Of a stretch of DNA of 15,364 bases, positions 1-8,174 are shown piece after piece (the stretch's first letter is position 1; every line of letters begins with the position of its first letter). The stretch is from Abditibacteriaceae bacterium. Its GTDB lineage: Bacteria > Armatimonadota > Abditibacteriia > Abditibacteriales > Abditibacteriaceae. The stretch is taken from positions 1 to 15,364 of the forward strand of contig JANPJS010000112.1 of NCBI GenBank assembly GCA_031425655.1. Direction: 5' to 3'. The notes below the pieces were generated by a model that ran no database searches, was not told where the DNA came from, and saw only the letters and a program-made list of their open reading frames with translations. Made by a program: the position numbers and the translations under genes.

Positions 1-182
1 GTTGCTACCTATTGAAGATAAATAATGGAGCCGCACTTTGCCCTCACCCAACCTCCCCCGGAGGGGGAGGAGCCGCGTTTTCTCAAGGATTTTTGCCCTG
101 AAGAGCGCACTCCTCCCCCTCCGGGGGAGGTTGGGTGGGGGTTGAATGCGACTCCACTACTTCGGATGTGATAGGTAGCAAC
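1..182. repeat. Nested inverted-repeat element (REP doublet inside an outer inverted repeat), truncated by the window start
   Basis: Inner arms 41-72 (ccctcacccaacctcccccggagggggaggag) and 110-141 are reverse complements with 1 mismatch, and each arm has its own hairpin (cctccccc-gga-gggggagg). Middle arms 26-37 and 145-156 match 10/12. Outer arms 1-12 (gttgctacctat) and 171-182 (ataggtagcaac) match perfectly. Confidence 0.9.
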
Positions 183-192
183 TTGGGTTAAT

Positions 193-1611
193 TTATGCTG
201 CGCTTTTCCAATCGGCATCGCGCAATCCGGCGAGTTCGCCGGTGCTGTCGCCGAAAGCGGCGAGCGGCGTGCCCATGCAATCGAGCATCGTGCGATACAG
301 GTTGCACAGCGGCGTTTTCTTTTCGTAGACGAGATGGCGGCCCGTGACGATTTTGCCGCCGCCTTTTCCGGCCAAAACAATCGGCAGATTGTGCGGCGAA
401 TGCGCGTTGCCGTCTTTCATGCCGCTGCCGAACATCACCATGCAGTTGTCGAGCAGCGTGCCGTTGCCTTCCTTGATGGACTTCAATTTTTCCAACAAAT
501 ACGCATATTGCTGCAAGTGCCAGATGTTGATTTTCTGATACTGCTCCAACTTCGTTTTGTCGTTTTCGTGGTGCGAAAGGTGATGATGCCCGCCGCTCAC
601 GCCTTCAAGAAACGAGAAATTCTTGCCCGAAACCTCGTTGCCGAACATGAAAGTCGCAATGCGTGTGGCGTCCGTCCAAAAGGCCAGAGCGATGATATCG
701 AGCATCAAACGCACTTGCTCGGTGTGGTTAATGGCACGCTCGCCAAGTCGCGCCGGATCGCTGTAATAATCCTTGATGCGCCCGCCGAGTTTCTCCACTT
801 CGCGGCGCGCTTCGGCATCAGTTTCGTATTCGCCTTTACGACGCGCGGCATCGAACGCGATGCGTTTTTCCACAGAGCGCACCGACTCAAAATACTCGTC
901 TAATTTCAAGCGATCCGCAGCGCCGACTTTATTTCGCAGACTTTGCGCGTCTTCCCGCACGGCATCAAGCACGCTGCTGTCATTGACACCCGAACGGCGC
1001 GCGGTGCGCGGACGGAAAAGGCGGTCGAACGCCAGTTGCGGATTGATTTCGCGCATGACAGGCGTGGTCGGCGTGGCCCACGAAATGTGCGAGCCGTAAA
1101 TGCGTGTGAAGCCGACATTGATATCCACGCCCATCGTGACCGGCTCAACAGAAAGCTCCAGCGACGGCAGCGGCGTCAGGTTGCCGATGCGCTGCGCCAT
1201 AATCTGATCGAGCGAAACCGCTCCGACGCGCAATTCGCTGCCCGTTGTTTTAGTGATAGCGGTTCCGGTCAGAAACGGCGCGACTTTGACGTAGTGCCCA
1301 TCGCCTTCGATGCTGGCCTTGTTCATCAACTCGCTCAGCACCAGAATGTCGGATTTCACATTGGAAAGCGGTGCTAAAATCGGCGATAGCTCAAACGCGC
1401 CGCCGATGCCGCCCGGCGTCCACGCCGCCGGATTGACACCGTTCGGCATATAAAGCGCGGCCATGCGAATCGGCGGGCCGCCGGGCGTATTCGGCCCCGA
1501 TTCCCCTTTTTCTTCGGCGAGCGCCGGGCGCGACAAAGCTTCCATCCACGGCAGGCACATCGTCACGCCCAAGCCTTTTAACACGGTGCGACGCGAGATT
1601 TCACGATTCAT
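193..1611 (-). CDS. DUF1552 (HxxSHH) family protein, probably Tat-exported
   Basis: About 472 aa. N-terminus SRRTVLKGLGVTMCLPWMEA (twin-arginine-like), R-x-AALYMPNG, ISWATPTTP...INPQLAFDRLF, SVLDAV, HHHLSHH, GTLLDN...GNAHSPHNLP...GG...GRH, PLCNLY...FGDSTG are typical of DUF1552. GAGG lies upstream at 1623-1626. The start is either ATG 1611 or TTG 1617. Confidence 0.93.
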   Translation of the reverse strand: MNREISRRTVLKGLGVTMCLPWMEALSRPALAEEKGESGPNTPGGPPIRMAALYMPNGVNPAAWTPGGIGGAFELSPILAPLSNVKSDILVLSELMNKASIEGDGHYVKVAPFLTGTAITKTTGSELRVGAVSLDQIMAQRIGNLTPLPSLELSVEPVTMGVDINVGFTRIYGSHISWATPTTPVMREINPQLAFDRLFRPRTARRSGVNDSSVLDAVREDAQSLRNKVGAADRLKLDEYFESVRSVEKRIAFDAARRKGEYETDAEARREVEKLGGRIKDYYSDPARLGERAINHTEQVRLMLDIIALAFWTDATRIATFMFGNEVSGKNFSFLEGVSGGHHHLSHHENDKTKLEQYQKINIWHLQQYAYLLEKLKSIKEGNGTLLDNCMVMFGSGMKDGNAHSPHNLPIVLAGKGGGKIVTGRHLVYEKKTPLCNLYRTMLDCMGTPLAAFGDSTGELAGLRDADWKSAA

Positions 1612-1629
1612 AAGCAATTCAGCCTCATT

Positions 1630-1789
1630 TTTTCAATGGAACACGGATTTTCGCGGAAACGGCCACGGATTTTTAATTGAATGCGTTGTTGCGCCACGCT
1701 TAAAGGAAAGGGACATACAAAACCAAATCCAATTAAAAATCCGTGTCAATCCGTGGCCGTTTCCGCGAAAATCCGTGTTCCATTGAAAA
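1630..1789. repeat. Long inverted repeat built from short CACGGAT/CGCGGA units, lying between the two genes of the operon
   Basis: Arms 1630-1671 and 1748-1789 are a perfect 42-bp inverted repeat. 1664-1679 also pairs with 1730-1745, so the right arm carries one extra 10-nt unit. Confidence 0.95.
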
Positions 1790-1791
1790 TC

Positions 1792-3693
1792 TTAATTCTT
1801 CCGATATTGAAACGGGTAGCTTTTCACGATTTCGAGAATCAACGTTTGCGCGCGATAATCGTTGCCTTCGACTTTTTTGGCGATGGCGCGCACGGTCGGG
1901 ACATCGTGCGGCTCCAAGCCGCGTCCGAGCGCATAAGCGAGCATTTTTTCCGTCAAATTCCGCACGAAATCAGCTTTCCGTTTTTGCAAATGCGCTTTGA
2001 GTTCCAGCGGGCCGCTGAACTTTTCGCCGTTGACTAAAACGCCGCTGGCATCCACCGGCGCGCCACCGATTTCTTCGCGCCAGCGGCCAGTCGCGTCGTA
2101 GTTTTCCAAACCGAAACCAATCGGGTCCATGCGCGCGTGGCAGCCGGCGCATTCGGGCTTTTTGCGATGTTCTTCGAGGCGCTGGCGAAAACTCAAGCCG
2201 TCTTGCACGGCATCATTGGCGGGCAAAGCACCGACACTGGGCGGCGGCGGCGGCGGCGGTGTGCCCAGCACTTCTTCGAGCACCCATTTGCCGCGCAAAA
2301 CCGGACTGGTGCGCTGAGGAAACGAAGTGACGGTAAGAACCGCCGCCGTCGTTAAAAGCCCGCCGCGACGGCCTTTTTCGACATTTACGCGCCGCAATTC
2401 GGCGCCGCTGACGCCCTCAATGCCGTAATGCTTAGCCAGTTCCTCGTTGACAAAACTGTAATCGGCGTCCAGCAGTTGCAGCAGATTGGCGTCTTCGCGC
2501 GCCACGCTGCCGAAAAACTGTGTGACTTCTCCGAACATGGCGTCGCGCAGCGTGGGCGTGAAGTTGGGAAATTTATTCGGATCAGGCTGCACGACGCCGT
2601 ATAATTCGCGCACATGGAGCCACTGCCCGGCGAAACTTTGCGCGAAGGACTCGAATTTGGCGCTGGCGATGAGGCGCCGCACTTGTGCTTCGAGGATTTT
2701 CGGATCGCGCAGCTTCTTTTTCGCCGCGAGATTGAGCAGTTCGCCATCCGGCATCGAAGACCATAAAAAATACGACAAACGGCTGGCCAATTCCCAATCA
2801 TTGACAAGATACGGGGCCGCCGATTTCTGCTGATTTTCGATGCGAAACAAAAAGTGCGGCGACACCAAAACCGCTTTAAGTGCCAGTTTTATAGCGTCCT
2901 CGAAATTCGCGCCGCGCGCCGTTGCGCCGCTAAAAAGGCGCATCAAACGCTCGATTTCCAGCTTTTCGGCAGGGCGGCGAAAAGCGCGCGACGCCAAACG
3001 CTCAAGAATCGCGCGGGCCGCAGCCGGCGATTTTTTAAGCGGCTGCGTGCCGAAAATGCGCTCGCGTGGTGCTTCGCTGAGAATTTCTTCGGCGGCTTCG
3101 AGATAACGCTCCATCAAAATCGGAGGCACGAAAAGCGTGTCGGCATTGTTGTCAAAACCGCCGCCACCGCCGCCGTCGGCGGGAAATTTATCCGCCGGAT
3201 TCGAGGTCACGCCCAACAAATCCCGAATCGTGTTGTTATATTCGAGGCGATTGAGGCGATGAATAACCACGCGGCCCGGATCACGCGAAACGGCGTTTTC
3301 CTCGAAGTTGTCGAGCGTTTCTTTGAGCCATTGCACGATTTTTTCGCGCTGCTCGTCGCCGGGTTGAGGTTTGTTGGCCGGCGGCATGGCGCGCTCGTGC
3401 ATTTGCGTGATGACTTTGCGCCACAGCGCCGGGTCGCGTTGAATCGAAAGCGCCGTGTCAAAGCCCGACAAATTCACCTCGCCCGATTGCTTTTTCGCGC
3501 CGTGGCACGAGCCACAATATTGATCGAGCGCCGGACGAATCTCTTTTTCAAAGCGGCTCTGTGAAGAAAGAGGCTCAAATTTCTTTTCGTCCGCTGGCCG
3601 CGCCGCGCGCACGCCGAGCAACAAAACCGGCAGGGCCACAAAAAGCCAAACGCGGCGCGAGTGCGGCGAAAATTGAGTGTCCAACAAAGGCAT
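1792..3693 (-). CDS. Planctomycete-type cytochrome c protein with DUF1587/DUF1595/DUF1592/DUF1588/DUF1585 domains
   Basis: 633 aa with a hydrophobic N-terminal signal and two heme motifs (CGSCH, CAGCH). MPP, RLNRLEYNNTIRDLLG, GFDN, AFRRP, LVSPHFLFR, ELASRLSYFLWSSMPD, FAGQWL, RGGLLT...TSPVLRGKWV, DPIGFGLENYDATGRWR and YALGR are the characteristic motifs. It precedes DUF1552, the usual partner. Confidence 0.95.
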   Translation of the reverse strand: MPLLDTQFSPHSRRVWLFVALPVLLLGVRAARPADEKKFEPLSSQSRFEKEIRPALDQYCGSCHGAKKQSGEVNLSGFDTALSIQRDPALWRKVITQMHERAMPPANKPQPGDEQREKIVQWLKETLDNFEENAVSRDPGRVVIHRLNRLEYNNTIRDLLGVTSNPADKFPADGGGGGGFDNNADTLFVPPILMERYLEAAEEILSEAPRERIFGTQPLKKSPAAARAILERLASRAFRRPAEKLEIERLMRLFSGATARGANFEDAIKLALKAVLVSPHFLFRIENQQKSAAPYLVNDWELASRLSYFLWSSMPDGELLNLAAKKKLRDPKILEAQVRRLIASAKFESFAQSFAGQWLHVRELYGVVQPDPNKFPNFTPTLRDAMFGEVTQFFGSVAREDANLLQLLDADYSFVNEELAKHYGIEGVSGAELRRVNVEKGRRGGLLTTAAVLTVTSFPQRTSPVLRGKWVLEEVLGTPPPPPPPSVGALPANDAVQDGLSFRQRLEEHRKKPECAGCHARMDPIGFGLENYDATGRWREEIGGAPVDASGVLVNGEKFSGPLELKAHLQKRKADFVRNLTEKMLAYALGRGLEPHDVPTVRAIAKKVEGNDYRAQTLILEIVKSYPFQYRKN

Positions 3694-3766
3694 AGAGAAT
3701 TTTCAGACAGCCGCGCGACGGCTTTTGTGGCTTTCAACCGCCCAAAAAGAGAAAATCAAAGCCAAT

Positions 3767-4483
3767 ATGAAACACCAAATCGAAGTGACCGGACATCGCG
3801 GCGCGGCGGCTGTTGAGCCGGAAAATACCTTGCGCGGCTTTCACTATGCGCTGTCGTTGGGCGTCAATTACGTGGAATTAGATGTGCATTTATCCAAAGA
3901 CGATGAGCTAATCGTCATGCACGACGCAGCGGTAGACCGCACCACAAACGGCAGCGGACAAATCGCCGACATGACATTGGCGGAAATCAAACGCCTTGAT
4001 GCTGGACAAGGCGAAAGCGTGCCGACTTTGCACGAAGTCGTCGCAACATTTCAAGCCGCGTGGGCAAAAGGCAGCCAAACGCGCTTGAAAATCGAACTCA
4101 AAGGCCCAAATACCGCTCAGCCGACGGTCGCCTGTGTTCAGCATTACGGCATCGAAGATCGCGTCGTGCTTTCCAGTTTCGACGCAGAGCGAGTCGCCGA
4201 AGCCAAAAAGCTGCTGCCACAAGCAGCTTGCGCTTTTATCAGCAGTAAATTAGACCCCGACCCGTTGAAAATCGCGCTTCGCATCGGCGCCGGCGCGGTG
4301 AACTTACAGCACAAATCAGCGACGCGCGAAATGGTCGAACGCGCTCACGCCGCCGGTTTGCAAGTGTGCGTGTGGACTATTGACGAAGCCAAACTCATGA
4401 AAGCGGCGATTGATCTCGGCGTGGACGGCATCTGCAGCAACAAGCCGCAGCTTTTACTCGAAGTCCTCGCCGGACGCGCTTAA
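3767..4483 (+). CDS. Glycerophosphodiester phosphodiesterase (GDPD family, cytoplasmic)
   Basis: 238 aa from ATG 3767; the longer ORF-track start overlaps the divergent gene. Motifs GHRG-x5-PENT, VELDVHLSKD, VMHD..VDRTTNG, IELK, SSF, VWTID and GVDGI are present. No signal peptide. Confidence 0.95.
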   Translation: MKHQIEVTGHRGAAAVEPENTLRGFHYALSLGVNYVELDVHLSKDDELIVMHDAAVDRTTNGSGQIADMTLAEIKRLDAGQGESVPTLHEVVATFQAAWAKGSQTRLKIELKGPNTAQPTVACVQHYGIEDRVVLSSFDAERVAEAKKLLPQAACAFISSKLDPDPLKIALRIGAGAVNLQHKSATREMVERAHAAGLQVCVWTIDEAKLMKAAIDLGVDGICSNKPQLLLEVLAGRA

Positions 4484-4535
4484 CGCGCTTCAAAAATCGG
4501 CGAACTATCGAGAGTCGAAGGTTTTCATAAACTCC

Positions 4536-5525
4536 ATGCGACACCATTTTGCTTTTTTTCCCGCTTTTGCATTTACGCTTTGCAGTTTTCAAAACGCGAC
4601 GGCGCAGCCACCGACGCTGGTTTCTCAACAGCCACCGCCCCGCGTGGGCACGCCGGAAAAGTTATTGGTTGATGATGTAAAGGCGTTCGTAGCTGCACTC
4701 AATGGAGAAGACCCAGTGTTGGACGCCGGAAAGTATGTGTGGAAGGCACACATCGGCTTTTATGGCGCCACTGAATGGCAGAGGTGGTGGCTTGAAACAC
4801 GCGGAACTCATTGGCTGGCGATAAGTGATGTGCGTGTCGTCAAAATAGAGGGCACCGAAGCCGAAATCACGCTTTCGCATCGCCGCGATGCCAAGCAGGC
4901 ACAGGCCACCATCGAAGGCCCATTTACCCTGAAATTCGGCCCCTCGCCGTTGGATAAAAGCATCGGAGGGCCAATCGCAATCTGGCAATTCGTGCCGCAA
5001 AGACCGACAGCGGCGGAATCGCTATCGGTGGCGCCGCTGCGCTGGGCAATTTGGATGGTGGCGCAATCTCCTAATGCGAATGCGACCAAATCGTTTCGAG
5101 AAGCCGAATTAGCAAGCCAGCCCGAAAAACGAGCCTCAAATCGAGAAGCCGAATTAGCAAGCCAGCCCGAAAAACGAGCTTCAAATCGTCTTAAACAGGT
5201 GGCCCGCGCAGTCTTCAGGTTTGTGAACGATTTCGAGGAAATCTACGCCTTTTTGCCGGAATTTCAAGAAGAAGCTCTCGATCCTTATCTCGAAAACTCC
5301 GAAGCGTGGAATGTTCCCGGCACAACCGAAAAATTTCTCTTTAATGGGCGGTTGAGCGGAAAGAGAGAAGCTCAAGTCGCTGAAAAAGAGCGCACGATTC
5401 TCTTCTACGACGGCGCTGATGAAAAGCCGATTTATCGCTTCGATGGCAAAACGGCGGTCGCTTTAGCCGATGGCCACGTCGAAATGGCCGATGCCCAACA
5501 ATTTAAAACTTTCCTGTGGCAATAA
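4536..5525 (+). CDS. Secreted hypothetical protein with a degenerate C-terminal DUF1559/H-X9-DG-like (pilin-associated) region
   Basis: 329 aa from ATG 4536 with a signal-like N-terminus (MRHHFAFFPAFAFTLCSFQNATA). The C-terminal half (SNRLKQVARAVFRFVNDFEE...LDPYLEN...FLFN..LSG...TILFYDG...YRFDGKTAVALADGHV) resembles the 'SNLKQI...Y.QDYDE...RH.GG.N..F.DGHV' pattern. Confidence 0.75.
   Translation: MRHHFAFFPAFAFTLCSFQNATAQPPTLVSQQPPPRVGTPEKLLVDDVKAFVAALNGEDPVLDAGKYVWKAHIGFYGATEWQRWWLETRGTHWLAISDVRVVKIEGTEAEITLSHRRDAKQAQATIEGPFTLKFGPSPLDKSIGGPIAIWQFVPQRPTAAESLSVAPLRWAIWMVAQSPNANATKSFREAELASQPEKRASNREAELASQPEKRASNRLKQVARAVFRFVNDFEEIYAFLPEFQEEALDPYLENSEAWNVPGTTEKFLFNGRLSGKREAQVAEKERTILFYDGADEKPIYRFDGKTAVALADGHVEMADAQQFKTFLWQ
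5096..5185 (+). repeat. 45-bp in-frame tandem duplication (REAELASQPEKRASN x2)
   Basis: 5096-5140 and 5141-5185 are identical at 44/45 positions; the difference (gcc vs gct) is synonymous. Confidence 0.97.
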
Positions 5526-5539
5526 ACCGCAATTTTGAA

Positions 5540-7819
5540 TTAACCCGGCTCCCAACCGCCCAGCACGTTGGCGATGGTGTAATGTGCGGCTTCGTCGGGC
5601 GCAAGCCGTTTGGCCCACGCAACACGCGCCGATAAATCAACCGGCTTGCCGTCGGAGGTTACGCTGCCAAATTCGGCGTAGCGGGCGGTTTTTTCGGCGT
5701 CGGGCTTGTCCCAGTTGTGCCAGCCTTCGGGCTTTATCACATTGTCCATCGTGGTGTTCAGCCAAACGGTATGGGCATAATCGCGCCACGGGCGGCCCAG
5801 CATGGTTTTCACGCCCGGCTCGCCGGTGATTTTGCAGTGCGAGAAAACCAGTCCGTAAGGCCGCTCCTGCGGCGTGTTAGCGGCGGTAATCCATCCTGCT
5901 GCGTCAACGACGTGAATATGGCAGCGGTCGAAAAACGCGGTCGCTTCGCCATAAATGAAATCAGTGCGTCCGACGATGAAACATCCGTCGAAATACTGGC
6001 GCCCGCTGCGAACACGAATCGTGTCCTGATAACCCAAAAAGCGGCACTTGCGAAAGATGGCGCGGTCGGCATCCACATAAATGGCGAGAGCCTGCTCGAT
6101 ACGCGGCGCGTTGTTCTCGAAAGTCAAGTTTTCGGCGCGAAAATCGGCGCCCGCGATGACTGTGCTGGCACTGCCGATGGTGCCGACTGGCCTGCCGTCC
6201 GCGCCCGACGAATTGATGCGTAAGTCGTTGGTCAACACCGTTTTTTCAGCGTCCTGACCGAGAAAAGTGATGAAAGGCTTGTCCTTCGGCACCACGATGT
6301 GCGCTTTATAAAGACCGGGCTTGATAAGAATGATGACGCGCTTTGAATTGTTGGCTGGAACCGCATCAATAGCTTGCTGCACCGTTGTAAAATCGCCGCT
6401 GCCGTCTGCCGCGACTATGAAATCGGGCTTGGCTTGCGCTTGAATTTGGCGAGGATCAATGTTGTTTTTCGGGTCGCGGTAGTCTATGAATTGATGCGGA
6501 TCGGTGCTGTTTAGAAACTCTTCGACGTTGCTATAACTGTCTTTGTCATCGTCCGCTGCGCCATCAGCGGCATTTTGCGGATTTAACGTGTTTTGCGTTT
6601 CCCACGCGTCCGGCATTCCATCGTGATCGCGGTCAGCAGGCGCGGGCAACGACTTGAGTTCGGGCCAGCCGCCGACTTGCGTTTGCGAGTCAATCATGCG
6701 CCCGCCGCGCGTTTTGACTTGCTCGATAATGCGCGCATCCACAGCATCGCGCGCGGGCAGCGAAGCGCCGACAAAAGCCAAAACATCGGCATAAGCCTCA
6801 CGCGCTCCCGTCGTGCGAACAATGGGCACGGGAAACGGGTTGGGCACGATTTCGACTTGCTTTTTGCCGTCCATTTCAATTTTGTCGAAGAACTGGTTAT
6901 TGTCCGCCGTTTGCGCCGCATCGCCCTCGAAAATGTTGTCTCGAATGAAGAATTGCAGCTTGGACGGCGCGCCGATGCGAATCGGATGTTTGGCTTCGCT
7001 GGAGGGGCCGGGCAAGATGAAATTTCCGATGTAATTCGCCCCAAAAACACCTTGCGTCATGCCGGTGCAGAGCTTTCCGTAATTGTAGATGAGGTTGTTT
7101 CGCACGTCGAAAACGGGAAACGGCGGCTTATCGTAGTTATCGCCCAAGCGCGGATTGCGCGCGTCGTTGTGCGCCCACAAATTATGATGCAGCGACATGC
7201 CGCCGTTCGCACGCACCAGCGAGCCGTAGCCATGCGAGCCTTTGGCATGAACGCTTTGGCGCAGCGCTTCGGAAATAATGCACCATTGCACCGTGACGTC
7301 GGAAACATCGCCGCCAAGCGAAAGCGCTTCGTCTGTTGACCAACTCGCCGAACAATGATCCAAAATCACATTGCGCGCCCCGCGCCAAATCGTGATGGCG
7401 TCGGCTTCCTTGCCGCTTGTGTCGCCCATGCGCGAACGCAAATAGCGCACAATGATGTTCTGTCCGGCGATGTTCAGCGTGTAGTTGCGAAGGCAAATTC
7501 CCTCGCCGGGCGCCGTCTGTCCGGCAATAGAAATGTTCGACTTCAGAATATCTAATTTTTTTTGTAAGGCGATAGTGCCCGACACGCGAAAGACAATGAT
7601 GCGGTTGCCCTCGCTGACCGCCTCGCGCAGTGAACCGGGGCCGGAATCGTTCAAATTGGTGACTTCGTATACGGCTCCGCCGCGCCCTCCCGTCGCCCCG
7701 CCACCAAAGCCTTCGGCGCCGGGAAAAGCGGGCAGAAAATCCGCCGCGATTGCTGCCGGACAACAACTCAACACTGCGAACGCGACGACGATTGCGAAGC
7801 GTAATTTGATGACTTTCAT
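5540..7819 (-). CDS. Secreted pectate lyase (PL1-like) fused to a C-terminal pectin methylesterase (CE8)
   Basis: 759 aa from ATG 7819 with a Sec signal (MKVIKLRFAIVVAFAVLSCCPAAIA). Lyase part: AFPGAEGFG, GGRGG.VYEVTNLNDSGPGSLR, IAGQTAPG, ILDHCSASWSTDE, RNPR, and a DRDHDGMPDAWE...EEFLN tail. CE8 part (about 5543-6424): VAADGSGDFTTVQQAI, PGLY, QALA, GYQDT, DFIYG, LGRPW. Confidence 0.93.
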   Translation of the reverse strand: MKVIKLRFAIVVAFAVLSCCPAAIAADFLPAFPGAEGFGGGATGGRGGAVYEVTNLNDSGPGSLREAVSEGNRIIVFRVSGTIALQKKLDILKSNISIAGQTAPGEGICLRNYTLNIAGQNIIVRYLRSRMGDTSGKEADAITIWRGARNVILDHCSASWSTDEALSLGGDVSDVTVQWCIISEALRQSVHAKGSHGYGSLVRANGGMSLHHNLWAHNDARNPRLGDNYDKPPFPVFDVRNNLIYNYGKLCTGMTQGVFGANYIGNFILPGPSSEAKHPIRIGAPSKLQFFIRDNIFEGDAAQTADNNQFFDKIEMDGKKQVEIVPNPFPVPIVRTTGAREAYADVLAFVGASLPARDAVDARIIEQVKTRGGRMIDSQTQVGGWPELKSLPAPADRDHDGMPDAWETQNTLNPQNAADGAADDDKDSYSNVEEFLNSTDPHQFIDYRDPKNNIDPRQIQAQAKPDFIVAADGSGDFTTVQQAIDAVPANNSKRVIILIKPGLYKAHIVVPKDKPFITFLGQDAEKTVLTNDLRINSSGADGRPVGTIGSASTVIAGADFRAENLTFENNAPRIEQALAIYVDADRAIFRKCRFLGYQDTIRVRSGRQYFDGCFIVGRTDFIYGEATAFFDRCHIHVVDAAGWITAANTPQERPYGLVFSHCKITGEPGVKTMLGRPWRDYAHTVWLNTTMDNVIKPEGWHNWDKPDAEKTARYAEFGSVTSDGKPVDLSARVAWAKRLAPDEAAHYTIANVLGGWEPG

Positions 7820-7929
7820 GTTCAAAATCCTACAACACGTCGCGCCGTTTGCACCGCGCACTCAACAACAAAAAAACAATATGCGTCTTGCCTGTTTGAA
7901 AAATAGCTATCACTCCTAGGTTGAGCCGC

Positions 7930-8050
7930 TTTAAATAGGACGCGGAGCTTCGCTACGCAGATTTTATGCGCGGATTCTCGCTGATTTCTTTCGGTAAAAT
8001 CGCGCCTTCAAAGCCGTTTCCGCGAAGCGAAGCTCCGTGTCCTATTGAAA
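7930..8050. repeat. REP doublet (REPIN-like) with ATAG-initiated arms
   Basis: 7930-7958 and 8022-8050 are inverted, 26/29 identical. Each arm has ATAG followed by an imperfect hairpin (gcggagc-ttc-gctacgc), the classical REP layout. Confidence 0.85.
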
Positions 8051-8105
8051 AGTCTTCGATTTGAGGCTTTGACGAATTCTCAAACAGCTTGTAAGTCTTT
8101 CCAAG

Positions 8106-8174
8106 CGGGGCTAATGCCCTCTTCCAAACAGAGAACATCCATCACTCCGCTGTTTGGAAGAGGGCTTAGCCCCG
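8106..8174. repeat. Second REP-like doublet / long hairpin (GGGGCTAA-GCCC type)
   Basis: 8106-8131 pairs with 8150-8174 as a 25-bp stem with one bulged T and an 18-nt loop. The arms contain the small hairpin gggc-taa(t)-gccc. Confidence 0.88.

Noticed and set aside
9..380. 123-aa minus-strand ORF
   Set aside because: It overlaps the DUF1552 3' end in another frame and then reads through the palindromic repeat (PHPTSPGGGG is a translated repeat arm).
1463..2037. Short plus-strand ORFs across the 1630-1789 repeat
   Set aside because: They are antisense to real genes, and peptides such as NTDFRG/IRVNPW are translations of the repeat units.
2240..2259. (GGC)n run, and a similar run near 3160-3178
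   Set aside because: These encode the poly-Pro and poly-Gly stretches usual in this protein family and are not independent repeats.
3677..3766. Upstream extension of the GDPD ORF, and similar extensions from 4410, 7861 and 10249
   Set aside because: They use non-ATG starts that overlap neighbours or precede the signal peptide or first conserved motif; the downstream ATGs fit better.
4474..4490. 8-bp direct repeat acgcgctt around the GDPD stop codon (possible excision footprint)
   Set aside because: Too short to distinguish from chance.
5096..5185. Possible CRISPR repeat pair
   Set aside because: The copies are adjacent with no spacer, in frame within a CDS, and there are no cas genes.
5526..5539. 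Terminator between the convergent genes
   Set aside because: The gap is only 14 bp with no credible stem-loop.
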